A DNA stretch of 63,447 bases, filler included, from Octopus bimaculoides (Eukaryota): assembly GCF_001194135.2 (NCBI RefSeq). It is 8 parts of 8 records of this genome, joined end to end, with 100 filler letters (N's around TTAATTAATTAA, not from the genome) between each part and the next. Parts side by side here need not be neighbours in the genome. Positions count along the whole stretch, not along the records: positions 50,899 to 56,576 come from NW_026421494.1; positions 56,677 to 61,451 come from NC_068992.1; positions 61,552 to 63,447 come from NW_026401895.1; 5 more parts are not named here. One strand, 5' to 3'. Every line of letters begins with the position of its first letter. Position 1 is the stretch's first letter. Position numbers and translations under genes: made by a program. Positions 53,026-63,447 of this stretch are shown here, one piece after another. The notes beneath the pieces are model-generated. The model made no database searches. It saw nothing but the letters and a program-made list of their open reading frames with translations, and was not told where the DNA came from.

Positions 53026-53994
53026 TACATAAAACTTACGAGAAGTTTATCATTTAAGTATATATGAGCATGTCTAGATATGCAGCTATATGCATGAGGA
53101 GACATACATAAAGCAAAACATACAAATCTACACATATATATACATACAAACAAACAAGAATATTCAGTTAGAAGCCTTGGATCTGGGTTAGAAACCGGCT
53201 CTTTCTCTATTGGCAAGAAATCTTGAAAGAAAACTGAATAAGAACATCCATACAAGCTCAGACACACATGGGTGCGAACCAATATAAATTTGGCGACATT
53301 CAGTCATATTTCTGCTTCAATAAATATTGTGCTTTTTGTTGGGTTTTTTTTTTTTTTTTCGTAACAAAGGTTAACATACATACTTCTGAATTTAAAACAT
53401 TTCTCTAAAGACGTCTGTCTTTCCTTCTTCTTTTTCTTCTTTATTCCTCTCTTTCTTTCTTCCTTTCTTTCTTTCTTTCTTTCTTCCTTTCATTCTTTCT
53501 TTCTTCCATTCTTGTTTTCTTTGCATTCGTCACATCTTTTGTATCGATTTATTTATCGATCGGTTTATCTATTCGTCTGTCCCGGTCTGTCCGTACCCCC
53601 TTTATATATATGTAGGTATATGTCTGTAAATACACACGTGTGTGTATTATCTATATATATATATGAAACTTGGAATGTGTCTCTGTCTGTCTGTCTCTCT
53701 GTCTGTCTGTCAGTGTGTCTGTATGTGTGCATCACTAAAACTCGAGAACTGCCTAACCGACTTCATTCAAATTTTACACAAGACTTACTTAGGGTCCATG
53801 CAGTGTCGTGGGCCAAAACAAAATTCAACTCCTTGCCTAATGCGAGCCCGGAGCAATCTCTTATATCTTACACTATTTCAGTATTACGTATCAAAATTGA
53901 AACAATAACATTTGTATTTGTAACGTGAGACAATACTTTCAGTTTTAATAGTTTCACTTTTAATACTGAAACTATTAAAAGTGAAACTATTATC

Positions 53995-54690
53995 TCACAC
54001 ATATTAATGCAGTCCTTCTTCCAGAGCTTCGTTGCATCTGGCAAACTCCCAGGAAAACTGAAGGAGGGTAAAATATGCCCTATTCATAAAGGAGGTAGGA
54101 GAGCTGAGGCCAAGAACTACAGACCTATCTCTCTGACCTCGCACATCAGCAAGGTTATGGAACGAATAGTCAGAAGAAAACTAATCACCTTCCTTGAGAA
54201 AATGACTTGCTGACTGACACCCAGCATGGTTTCCGACGAGGAAGAAGCTGCCTGACTCAGCTCTTACAACACTATGACTGGGTGTTGAAACAGCTACTCA
54301 ATCACTCAAATGTGTAAGTGATATATCTCGACTTTGCAAAGGCCTTCGATAAAGTCGATCATGGAATGATATGTCACAAACTGCGTGATCTCGGCATAGT
54401 CGGAAAATTTGGAAAATGGCTGCATGACTTTCTGAAGGATAAAAGTCAGGTGGTAGTAGCCAATGGGTGTAGATGTTTTCAAAACGAAACGGGACCTCTT
54501 ACTGTCAAGTGTCCCAGATGAACCAACTTCACAGCAGGAAATGCAGATGAGGGCAGCAGCATCAAACGCCCACATGCACCAAATGTCAATTCCTAAAAAC
54601 AATTAGTGAGGTAAAATTATGTAGCAACACCAAATGGCGGTGCCCCAGCATGGCCACAGCTCATGAGCTGAAACTAGATCAAATCAAATC
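53995..54690 (+). mobile_element. CR1-like LINE relic: RT N-half fused to ORF2 C-terminus and 3' UTR
   Basis: CPIHKGG..NYRPISLTSHISKVMERI..QHGFRRGRSCLTQL..VIYLDFAKAFDKVDH..WLHDFLKDKSQVVVANG jumps near 54466 to VDVFKTKRDLLLSSVPDEP..RAAASN. The 3' UTR ggcggtgccccagcatggccacagc and an (ATCAA)-type tail follow. Confidence 0.88.
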
Positions 54691-54736
54691 ATATGCATGC
54701 ATGTTTATATGCATAGATAGATAGATAGATAGATAG

Positions 54737-54782
<46 letters not shown>

Positions 54783-54841
54783 AGATAGATGGATGGATAT
54801 GGCTGCCTACAACGCACGTGACAGTAACGAGTGTTATATAG

Positions 54842-54882
<41 letters not shown>

Positions 54883-55025
54883 TGCCAGTTACTGCGTCTG
54901 TGTGTTCTATGTTAGTATTAGTTTTAGTGATTGTGTGTATGTGTGCCTGTGTGTGTGTGTGTGAATATGTTTATAACATTATGTTTGTGTATGATGAAGC
55001 ATATTTCTCCAACAGTTCATATCTC

Positions 55026-55102
<77 letters not shown>

Positions 55103-55349
55103 GCGTGTGACGTGAACCACATCCATGTTCCAATTGCAAAAACAATGGCGGAAAATGTGTTGAGCGTTTATGAAAGCTGAGAGTTAAGTGACTAACGTTT
55201 CAGCAATGCACACGAGAGCATGTGTGTGTGTGTGTGTGTGTGTGTTTGCGTGTGTATGTTTGTGCTTGTGTGTGTGTGAGACAGAGAGTGTTTGTGTGTG
55301 TCTGTTACATTTTACGTAGTATATATTCATATATATATATATGTATATG

Positions 55350-55510
55350 CAGGTGTAGCTCTGTGGGAAGCAGTTTGCTTACCAACCACATGGTTCCGGG
55401 TTCAGTCCCACTGCGTGGCACCTTGGGCAAGTCTCTTCTACTATAGCCTCGGGCCGACCAAAGCCTTGTGAGTGGATTTGGTAGACGGAAACTGAAAGAA
55501 GCCCGTCGTA
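55350..55510 (+). mobile_element. tRNA-derived SINE, family C (best-preserved copy)
   Basis: tRNA-like head with B-box-like 'gggttcagtccca', body 'ggcaccttgggcaag..cctcgggccgaccaaagccttgtgagtggatttggtagacggaaactgaaagaagcccgtcgta' and a microsatellite tail. Confidence 0.9.
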
Positions 55511-55514
55511 TATA

Positions 55515-55549
<35 letters not shown>

Positions 55550-55947
55550 GTGTTCCCACGAAAGACAGAGAGAGATGTGGTGAGACCTAGAGGGAGAGAC
55601 AAAGAGGTAGAGTCTCTCGTATGTTTGCGTCTCGCAATCGGAATCTGGCCGAGTCTGCGTGTGTGTGTCTGTCCATGTATGTATATAGTTATGCATGTAT
55701 GTATGTCTGCATGTATGTACGTGTGTCTATGTATGTATGTATATATTTATGTATTTATATAGGCCTCCCCACGTCTCTCTGTCTTTCGCGAGAGCACAAA
55801 CACACACACACACACACACAAACGTCCAGAAACACACACACATACGCACACACACACAAACACACGCACACGCACACAGATACACACGCACACAAAGGCT
55901 TATATAGACGTAGTATTTATTTTCATTGCAAATTCGTCCACATTTAA

Positions 55948-55978
<31 letters not shown>

Positions 55979-56058
55979 TGTATGTATGTATGTATAAATG
56001 TGCTTCGTTGTGTATATATGCGTGTGTGTGAGTATGTGTGAGTGCGATAGCGTGTGTC

Positions 56059-56103
<45 letters not shown>

Positions 56104-56341
56104 GTGGGTGTATAAAGAGCTATTTTATTTTAATTAACTTTGGTAAATGGAACAAGTATCAATTAACAGAAAGTGTGACATAGATATGTGTCTGGGTGTA
56201 TGTATGTATGTGCATGTATGTGTGTATCTGTGTGCGTGTGTGTGTAAGCATACATATGTCCATGCTTATGCATATATACATACATATCTATGTGTGGGTA
56301 CGTACGTATCTATGTATGTATGTATGTATGTATGCATGTAA

Positions 56342-56379
<38 letters not shown>

Positions 56380-56540
56380 GTATATGTATATATATATATA
56401 TGTATATGTGTGAGTACATACACACATACTCACACAGAAGGGGTCAGCTAGAAAGATATAATTTGAAAGTATACAATACTTCCGCTAATAGGATCTTGTG
56501 ATTAGACTGAGCTTCAAATATTCATGCATACATACATACA

Positions 56541-56576
<36 letters not shown>

Positions 56577-57071
56577 NNNNNNNNNNNNNNNNNNNNNNNN
56601 NNNNNNNNNNNNNNNNNNNNTTAATTAATTAANNNNNNNNNNNNNNNNNNNNNNNNNNNNNNNNNNNNNNNNNNNNAGCCTCTGCTGGGTTTTGAACCGT
56701 AGATTTCAGATTTGTTTCCTATCCAGAACCAGGGCCTAATGTATCCCCATAAAAGGAAAAGTGTTCACAAAAGATATTCACGCTTGTGTGAATATTAATC
56801 GATCAATCAGCACTGGCTAACTGTTGGCTGAGGCGGCAATCTTCAGAGGAATTGAGCGAGTTCTCCTGCCAAGCAGTTCGGCCGAATTTTGTAGAACTCT
56901 CGGACGGACAGTAACAAAATGGTGAGCGAATCCAAATTTCAGCAGACCTATTCCAGGTCTGTGCCAGTTATGCTGCTATTCCCCCGTATGATAGTCTCTC
57001 ACGACACTTACTTATTTACCTTGTTTAACTTAACGAGCTAGTGAGTCACTAAGCTATTTAGCTAGGGAGGA

Positions 57072-57130
<59 letters not shown>

Positions 57131-57880
57131 CTTTTACTTTCGATTTGTAACATACATCGTACTCAACCAAGGGCTCCATCTTAACTTGTAGTGTTGAGTA
57201 ATGCACATTAATTATATGCAGTGATTTAAATACCTTGCACTACTTTCGTAATGTTATCCAGCAACTTATACTACAAAAGTTTCGCAATTATTATATCCGT
57301 TGAACGTCGTTCCATTAATTTACTGGATGTTTACTGGTAAGTATGCAAGATGGAAATTACAATATTTGAAAACTAAATCAAATTTTAGTTTGGTCATTGT
57401 CTTTTATAACAGCTATATCTTAGGTTAATCACTAGTGTACTGAGATTGTTGCTCTACTCCATTTCTGAATGCAGGAATCGATGTCTCATTAGGCAGGGAA
57501 GCAGCTCCTTAGGTGTTTCAGCCCCTTCAACTGCGAAATCAGAGCTACTAGGGCCACCCACATAACATCATGTCCTTTGTCGAATCAAATGTTGTGACTC
57601 TGGACAAGATGTTTCTCTCATTCTTTTATATTCGTTCTTGCTGCACCAGTCATCCTTTCTCTTGAAGCAAATGTAATGGTTTGCATTCTCAGTAGCATCG
57701 AATAATTTTTTAGCAACTTCTCTTCTCTCAACAACAACATCGACAACAACAACAACAACAACAACAAAGCAAGAACATCATTAACAAGAACAACAATAAA
57801 AAATCTACTGACCTGCTGGAGAAATATTAAATTTGACCCAGTTGATTCTGAATACATGTGGGAAGAGTATCCTTTTAGGG

Positions 57881-57964
57881 ATTGGCTGGCACGTGGCCCT
57901 TCGGTGCCTCAGATACCTTTCTTTGTAACTTTTGACAGCCGTCGCAAAAGACTCGTAATATAAA
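57881..57964 (+). promoter_or_regulatory. Candidate Pol II core promoter (reverse CCAAT, E-box, TATA)
   Basis: ATTGG at 57881-85, CACGTG at 57890-95 and TATAAA at 57959-64, followed by GA-rich sequence. Motif evidence only. Confidence 0.25.
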
Positions 57965-58909
57965 CCTGCATTGAGAAGAAAGGATTTTTTTCATCTCTGC
58001 TTGGAGAGAGAGGAAGTGAGAGAGGAAGAGAGAGGAAGTGAGAGAGGAAGAGAGAGGGAGAGAGGAATTGATAGAGAGAGAGAGAGAGAGGGTGAGAGAG
58101 AGAGGGTGAGAGAGAGAGAGGGTGAGAGAGAGAGGGGTAAGATATATATAGAGAGAGGGCGAGAGGGATGGGAAGCATTTACTTTCTGATATCACAAATT
58201 ATAAAAAGAATGTAGAGACCATAGAGAAATATTGAAAGAATTCAAAGACAAAAAATGTCTTTCTCTCATCGCTGCCATATTATAATTACGTAATGTAGCA
58301 GATTGAAAGAATCAGAAGAGCAGCGAACNNNNNNNNNNNNNNNNNNNNNNNNNNNNNNNNNNNNNNNNNNNNNNNNNNNNNNNNNNNNNNNNNNNNNNNN
58401 NNNNNNNNNNNNNNNNNNNNNNNNNNNNNNNNNNNNNNNNNNNNNNNNNNNNNNNNNNNNNNNNNNNNNNNNNNNNNNNNNNNNNNNNNNNNNNNNNNNN
58501 NNNNNNNNNNNNNNNNNNNNNNNNNNNNNNNNNNNNNNNNNNNNNNNNNNNNNNNNNNNNNNNNNNNNNNNNNNNNNNNNNNNNNNNNNNNNNNNNNNNN
58601 NNNNNNNNNNNNNNNNNNNNNNNNNNNNNNNNNNNNNNNNNNNNNNNNNNNNNNNNNNNNNNNNNNNNNNNNNNNNNNNNNNNNNNNNNNNNNNNNNNNN
58701 NNNNNNNNNNNNNNNNNNNNNNNNNNNNNNNNNNNNNNNNNNNNNNNNNNNNNNNNNNNNNNNNNNNNNNNNNNNNNNNNNNNNNNNNNNNNNNNNNNNN
58801 NNNNNNNNNNNNNNNNNNNNNNNNNNNNNNNNNNNNNNNNNNATACCTGCCTGTTTAATATTCATTAGTATTTTTCAACACGGTTTAGTAGAGGTGAAAA
58901 CACAATGGC

Positions 58910-58911
<2 letters not shown>

Positions 58912-58960
<49 letters not shown>
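58912..58960. repeat. (TAA)n microsatellite
   Basis: Read directly from the sequence. Confidence 0.95.
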
Positions 58961-58962
<2 letters not shown>

Positions 58963-59004
58963 TCATCAGACTCCTGAGGCACCGCCTCGAAGAATTTTTT
59001 GCCA

Positions 59005-59265
59005 AATTAATTGATTCTATTACTTATCTTTAAAGCCCGGCAGTTATTCCATCAGTCCCTATTTGCCAAACTGCTAAGTTACGGGAGACGTAAACAGAGT
59101 AACACCAGTTGTCAAGCGGTAGTGAGGGACAAGCAAAGACACAAAGACACACAAATACATACATACATACATACATACATACATACGACAGACTTCTGTC
59201 AGTTTCCCTGTACCAATTCCTCTCGGCCCGAGGCTACAGTAGAAGACACCTGCCCAAGACACTAC
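59005..59265 (-). mobile_element. Adjacent SINE fragments: family D (about 59005-59140) and family C (about 59185-59265)
   Basis: Body motifs are shared with the copies at 32531/45522 and 55350 respectively, separated by (CATA)n. Confidence 0.65.
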
Positions 59266-59327
59266 ACTTTGTGTATGTGTGTTCGACATTGTTTATGTGC
59301 CGCGAGATAATTCTAACTCCTATTTGA

Positions 59328-59379
<52 letters not shown>

Positions 59380-60840
59380 NNNNNNNNNNNNNNNNNNNNN
59401 NNNNNNNNNNNNNNNNNNNNNNNNNNNNNNNNNNNNNNNNNNNNNNNNNNNNNNNNNNNNNNNNNNNNNNNNNNNNNNNNNNNNNNNNNNNNNNNNNNNN
59501 NNNNNNNNNNNNNNNNNNNNNNNNNNNNNNNNNNNNNNNNNNNNNNNNNNNNNNNNNNNNNNNNNNNNNNNNNNNNNNNNNNNNNNNNNNNNNNNNNNNN
59601 NNNNNNNNNNNNNNNNNNNNNNNNNNNNNNNNNNNNNNNNNNNNNNNNNNNNNNNNNNNNNNNNNNNNNNNNNNNNNNNNNNNNNNNNNNNNNNNNNNNN
59701 NNNNNNNNNNNNNNNNNNNNNNNNNNNNNNNNNNNNNNNNNNNNNNNNNNNNNNNNNNNNNNNNNNNNNNNNNNNNNNNNNNNNNNNNNNNNNNNNNNNN
59801 NNNNNNNNNNNNNNNNNNNNNNNNNNNNNNNNNNNNNNNNNNNGCATGTAGGTCCAGAATGACCAAAAAAACATTTAGTCCCGTTGCAATACCCATCGTT
59901 GTCGAAGTCACAGTCACCGATATCGAAGCAATGACATTGATATTTCAGGCCAGTACCAAATCTGTCAACTCTAAATAAACATCCAGCTGAAAATTATAGA
60001 AGCAAATGTGTAAAATTGGGATTTATCTTACATTACCCATCATTCAAAGAATGAATTGGATATTAATTTCAATATTTAATATTTAGAGACCTAAATTTTG
60101 GTGGTAGGCTTTGGTCAAACTAGATCGCTCAAGGATCGAAAGTTGTCAGGAGCGGGCAGAAACTCAGAAGTGAGGAAAAATGGATGAGACAAGGCAAAGA
60201 TATATATGCAGATGCCAGATATATGTATGTATATATGCCTCAGTCCTTCTCCAAAACTAGACACCAATATCTAAGCTTTGTGGGAACATAGGTGATAGAT
60301 TATTTAACTAGTAAGTTTTTGTCGGACGTTAACCTAGGAAGTTTCAGTAACGAGTGATTGCGATATGCTTGAATTCTGTTATAACGAAGTTGGGTTTATT
60401 TATACAAGGAATTTAGCTATTTGTTAAAAATGAAGATTTGAGCTGGATTCTGATGAAGGATACGAAATATAGGGAATCATGCTGGATTAGTAGCTATAGA
60501 TTAGGGGAAGTTATTTTAAAAACGATTAGCGATTTTATTGTTATCTTAGATACAGAGTTAGATTAGAGGAAATTGAAAACTGGTAGAACAGAAAAACAAG
60601 TTTGTTGATGAAGCGTAATTGCAGGATGGACAGCTTGGTAGGAAGTGAATCGTTAAGTAAACCTAAAGTTATGGAGTATATCTGAGAGTCACATGAGAAG
60701 TCAGTCATAGCACAAGCGTGGGGGAAGTTTGTTAACGTGTGTAAAACATGTTACGTAGTGGTTTAAGTTTACGAGTCAGAAGTAAGGTGCGACTTTGTAT
60801 TTAAAGATAATATGCATGTATTCATGTACATATATACTCT

Positions 60841-60950
60841 TTTACTCTTTTACTTGTTTCAGTCATTTGACTGTGNNNNNNNNNNGTGGGACTGAACTCG
60901 GAGCCATGTGGTTGGTAAGCAAGCTACTTACCACATAGCCATTCCTACGC
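60841..60950 (-). mobile_element. SINE tail and head flanking an 11-N gap
   Basis: Family D tail 'cttttacttgtttcagtcatttgactgtg' and tRNA-like head 'gtgggactgaactcggagccatgtggttggtaagcaagct'. Confidence 0.65.
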
Positions 60951-61551
60951 CTATATGTATATATTCATATAATGAATAGTATATTAATTTATGTTGCGTA
61001 GTTAAGCAGCGGTAAACTGAAACGAGATGAAGTAAGCAGTACATGGCAGATATGTGACGGATGAATAGTGAAACATGCAGTATTTAAATTAGCTGAGAAA
61101 ATTAGAAAAAAGATTTAAATTTGCAAACAACAAATACACGATTAAAGAAGATTTATGAGATGTATAACAGGAAAATAAGACAAAGACAGATATACAGAAG
61201 GTATTCCACTTACGGGGTGTCCTGGAACAATTCTTTTCACACCTTTCTTTTACGGATTCGTCTGTTAGACAATCACCTTGCATCCAATCACAGTTTTGTT
61301 CTGAAACAATTTGAAAAAAAACAAAAAAAAAATCTCACTTGAATCCTGATCAAATATATATATATATATTAGTGTTATAACCTGATTTCATTCGGGTCTA
61401 CTCGGGCCACATTTTAAAGATGAGGAATTTAAAAAAAAAAAGCGAAAATTTNNNNNNNNNNNNNNNNNNNNNNNNNNNNNNNNNNNNNNNNNNNNTTAAT
61501 TAATTAANNNNNNNNNNNNNNNNNNNNNNNNNNNNNNNNNNNNNNNNNNNN

Positions 61552-61589
<38 letters not shown>

Positions 61590-61879
61590 ATATATTATAA
61601 TCGTTTCAACCATAGACTGCAGCAATATATCATATATCACACAGATACACACATAAAAAAGTGTATAGCCATCATCTTATTTTTATTCATCTTAACTTTA
61701 ACGTTCTTATTATTCAACGGCCTTCAATCATTGTCAGTCTCCTCAGTCATCATCACCATAGTCATTATCTTTCTCATTAATCACTCTCATCATCTGATGC
61801 CCTTGTGACATATGAAATAATAATAACAATAATAATAATACTTATTATTATCATTATTAGTTGTAGTAGTGGTAGTAGA

Positions 61880-62124
61880 GCAGCGCACTGGCAGACCTTG
61901 CCGGATAAAATGCTTCGAGAAATTTCTTTCCGTTCCTTTCGTGTTTAGCGTAAATACCTTTAAACTCAATACGCAACTTTGCCATTCACCCTTTCGACGT
62001 CGGTAAAATAAAGTAACTTTACAGTGCTGGGCTCGATAAAATCAGCTTAAACTCTCCCACGAAATTTCAGGCCTTCAGCCTACAGTAGAAAGGTTTATTA
62101 TTATTATTATTATTATTATCATCC

Positions 62125-62210
<86 letters not shown>
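61880..62210 (+). mobile_element. SINE family A followed by a compound (TTA)(TCA)(TTA) microsatellite tail
   Basis: 'ttgccggataaaatgctt..ctttgccattcaccctttcg..gaaatttcaggcctt..agtagaaagg' runs directly into the triplet arrays. Confidence 0.65.
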
Positions 62211-62215
<5 letters not shown>

Positions 62216-63043
62216 TGATATTAGTATTTCCTCATGAAAAGAGAAAAACAGGAAATATTTCATGAACTGACACATATCTATCTGCCTGTCTGTCTGTTTG
62301 TCTGTCCGTCTGTCTANNNNNNNNNNNNNNNNNNNNNNNNNNNNNNNNNNNNNNNNNNNNNNNNNNNNNNNNNNNNNNNNNNNNNNNNNNNNNNNNNNNN
62401 NNNNNNNNNNNNNNNNNNNNNNNNNNNNNNNNNNNNNNNNNNNNNNNNNNNNNNNNNNNNNNNNNNNNNNNNNNNNNNNNNNNNNNNNNNNNNNNNNNNN
62501 NNNNNNNNNNNNNNNNNNNNNNNNNNNNNNNNNNNNNNNNNNNNNNNNNNNNNNNNNNNNNNNNNNNNNNNNNNNNNNNNNNNNNNNNNNNNNNNNNNNN
62601 NNNNNNNNNNNNNNNNNNNNNNNNNNNNNNNNNNNNNNNNNNNNNNNNNNNNNNNNNNNNNNNNNNNNNNNNNNNNNNNNNNNNNNNNNNNNNNNNNNNN
62701 NNNNNNNNNNNNNNNNNNNNNNNNNNNNNNNNNNNNNNNNNNNNNNNNNNNNNNNNNNNNNNNNNNNNNNNNNNNNNNNNNNNNNNNNNNNNNNNNNNNN
62801 NNNNNNNNNNNNNNNNNNNNNNNNNNNNNNNNNNNNNNNNNNNNNNNNNNNNNNNNNNNNNNNNNNNNNNNNNNNNNNNNNNNNNNNNNNNNNNNNNNNN
62901 NNNNNNNNNNNNNNNNNNNNNNNNNNNNNNNNNNNNNNNNNNNNNNNNNNNNNNNNNNNNNNNNNNNNNNNNNNNNNNNNNNNNNNNNNAGAGAGAGAGA
63001 GAGAGATAGATAGATAAACATATATATATACATATGAGACCAT

Positions 63044-63077
<34 letters not shown>

Positions 63078-63079
63078 GT

Positions 63080-63115
<36 letters not shown>

Positions 63116-63447
63116 AAATTCCTGCATATACGGCTTCAATGTGTGAGTGTGTGTCAGTGAATGGTATTTATATGTATGTGTATAAAGGACAGTTGTAAGT
63201 ATGCGTATAATGAGCTTCCTCACAGTTTCCGTCGATGCAAATTACACAGAAAGTCTTGGTCAACACAAAGGTATTATAAAGAACATGTACACCTCTCTGC
63301 ATTTAACCGTGAGGTTTGGACGCATTATTCTTTTGCATTACACGGCTATGTACGTTGGTAAGTATGCACTTTGGTATATATGCATGTCAGTTTATATGTA
63401 AATTGATATGTTTATTTTTTTATCCATCTGTCAATATACATATATAT

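Noticed and set aside
57875-58000. Minus ORF ending in APKGHVPANP, reminiscent of the plant SAUR motif
   Set aside because: A short coincidental match in an animal genome. The ORF is mostly (TC)n-derived.
60440-60480. CTGATGA-AGGATAC-GAAA motif
   Set aside because: There is no UH triplet before the putative stem I partner, and stem II is only 1-2 bp.
8778-61507. Seven isolated TTAATTAATTAA 12-mers (8778, 13516, 23010, 32339, 50843, 56621, 61496), each between N runs
   Set aside because: Each is an identical island inside a gap of about 100 bp (44 N + 12 + 44 N where counted) and has stops in all six frames. This is an artificial scaffold-join spacer, not biology or a CRISPR-like repeat.
6396-63223. 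Long ORFs of 180-380 aa in the supplied track
   Set aside because: They consist of X residues from gaps or of YI/HT/CV dipeptide runs from microsatellites.

Overview
AT-rich, microsatellite-dense eukaryotic scaffold with roughly 6.5 kb of N gaps. The tRNA-derived SINE families, dense CA/TA/TTA microsatellites and LINE repertoire point to an octopod cephalopod; this is an inference and no search was run. One host coding exon is well supported: the terminal exon of a GPI-anchored Ly6/uPAR (three-finger, quiver/sleepless-like) gene at 29928-30151 (+). Its upstream exons are not securely located. The rest is intronic or intergenic DNA filled with transposon relics: a full-length decayed Tc1 (DD34E) with TIRs and TA TSD, a maT/mariner-like fragment, several Penelope-like fragments (RT and GIY-YIG), internally deleted R4/Dong-like and CR1-like LINEs, RTE and Gypsy-gag fragments, many SINE copies from about four families, and Helitron/MITE-like pieces. 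Less ordinary observations are several long fold-back palindromes, two decayed Penelope-type hammerhead ribozyme motifs, a 3' stem-loop shared by a SINE and the CR1-like LINE, and a compact CCAAT/E-box/TATA promoter candidate. I found no convincing novel multi-gene system. Most long ORFs in the supplied track are gap or microsatellite artefacts.
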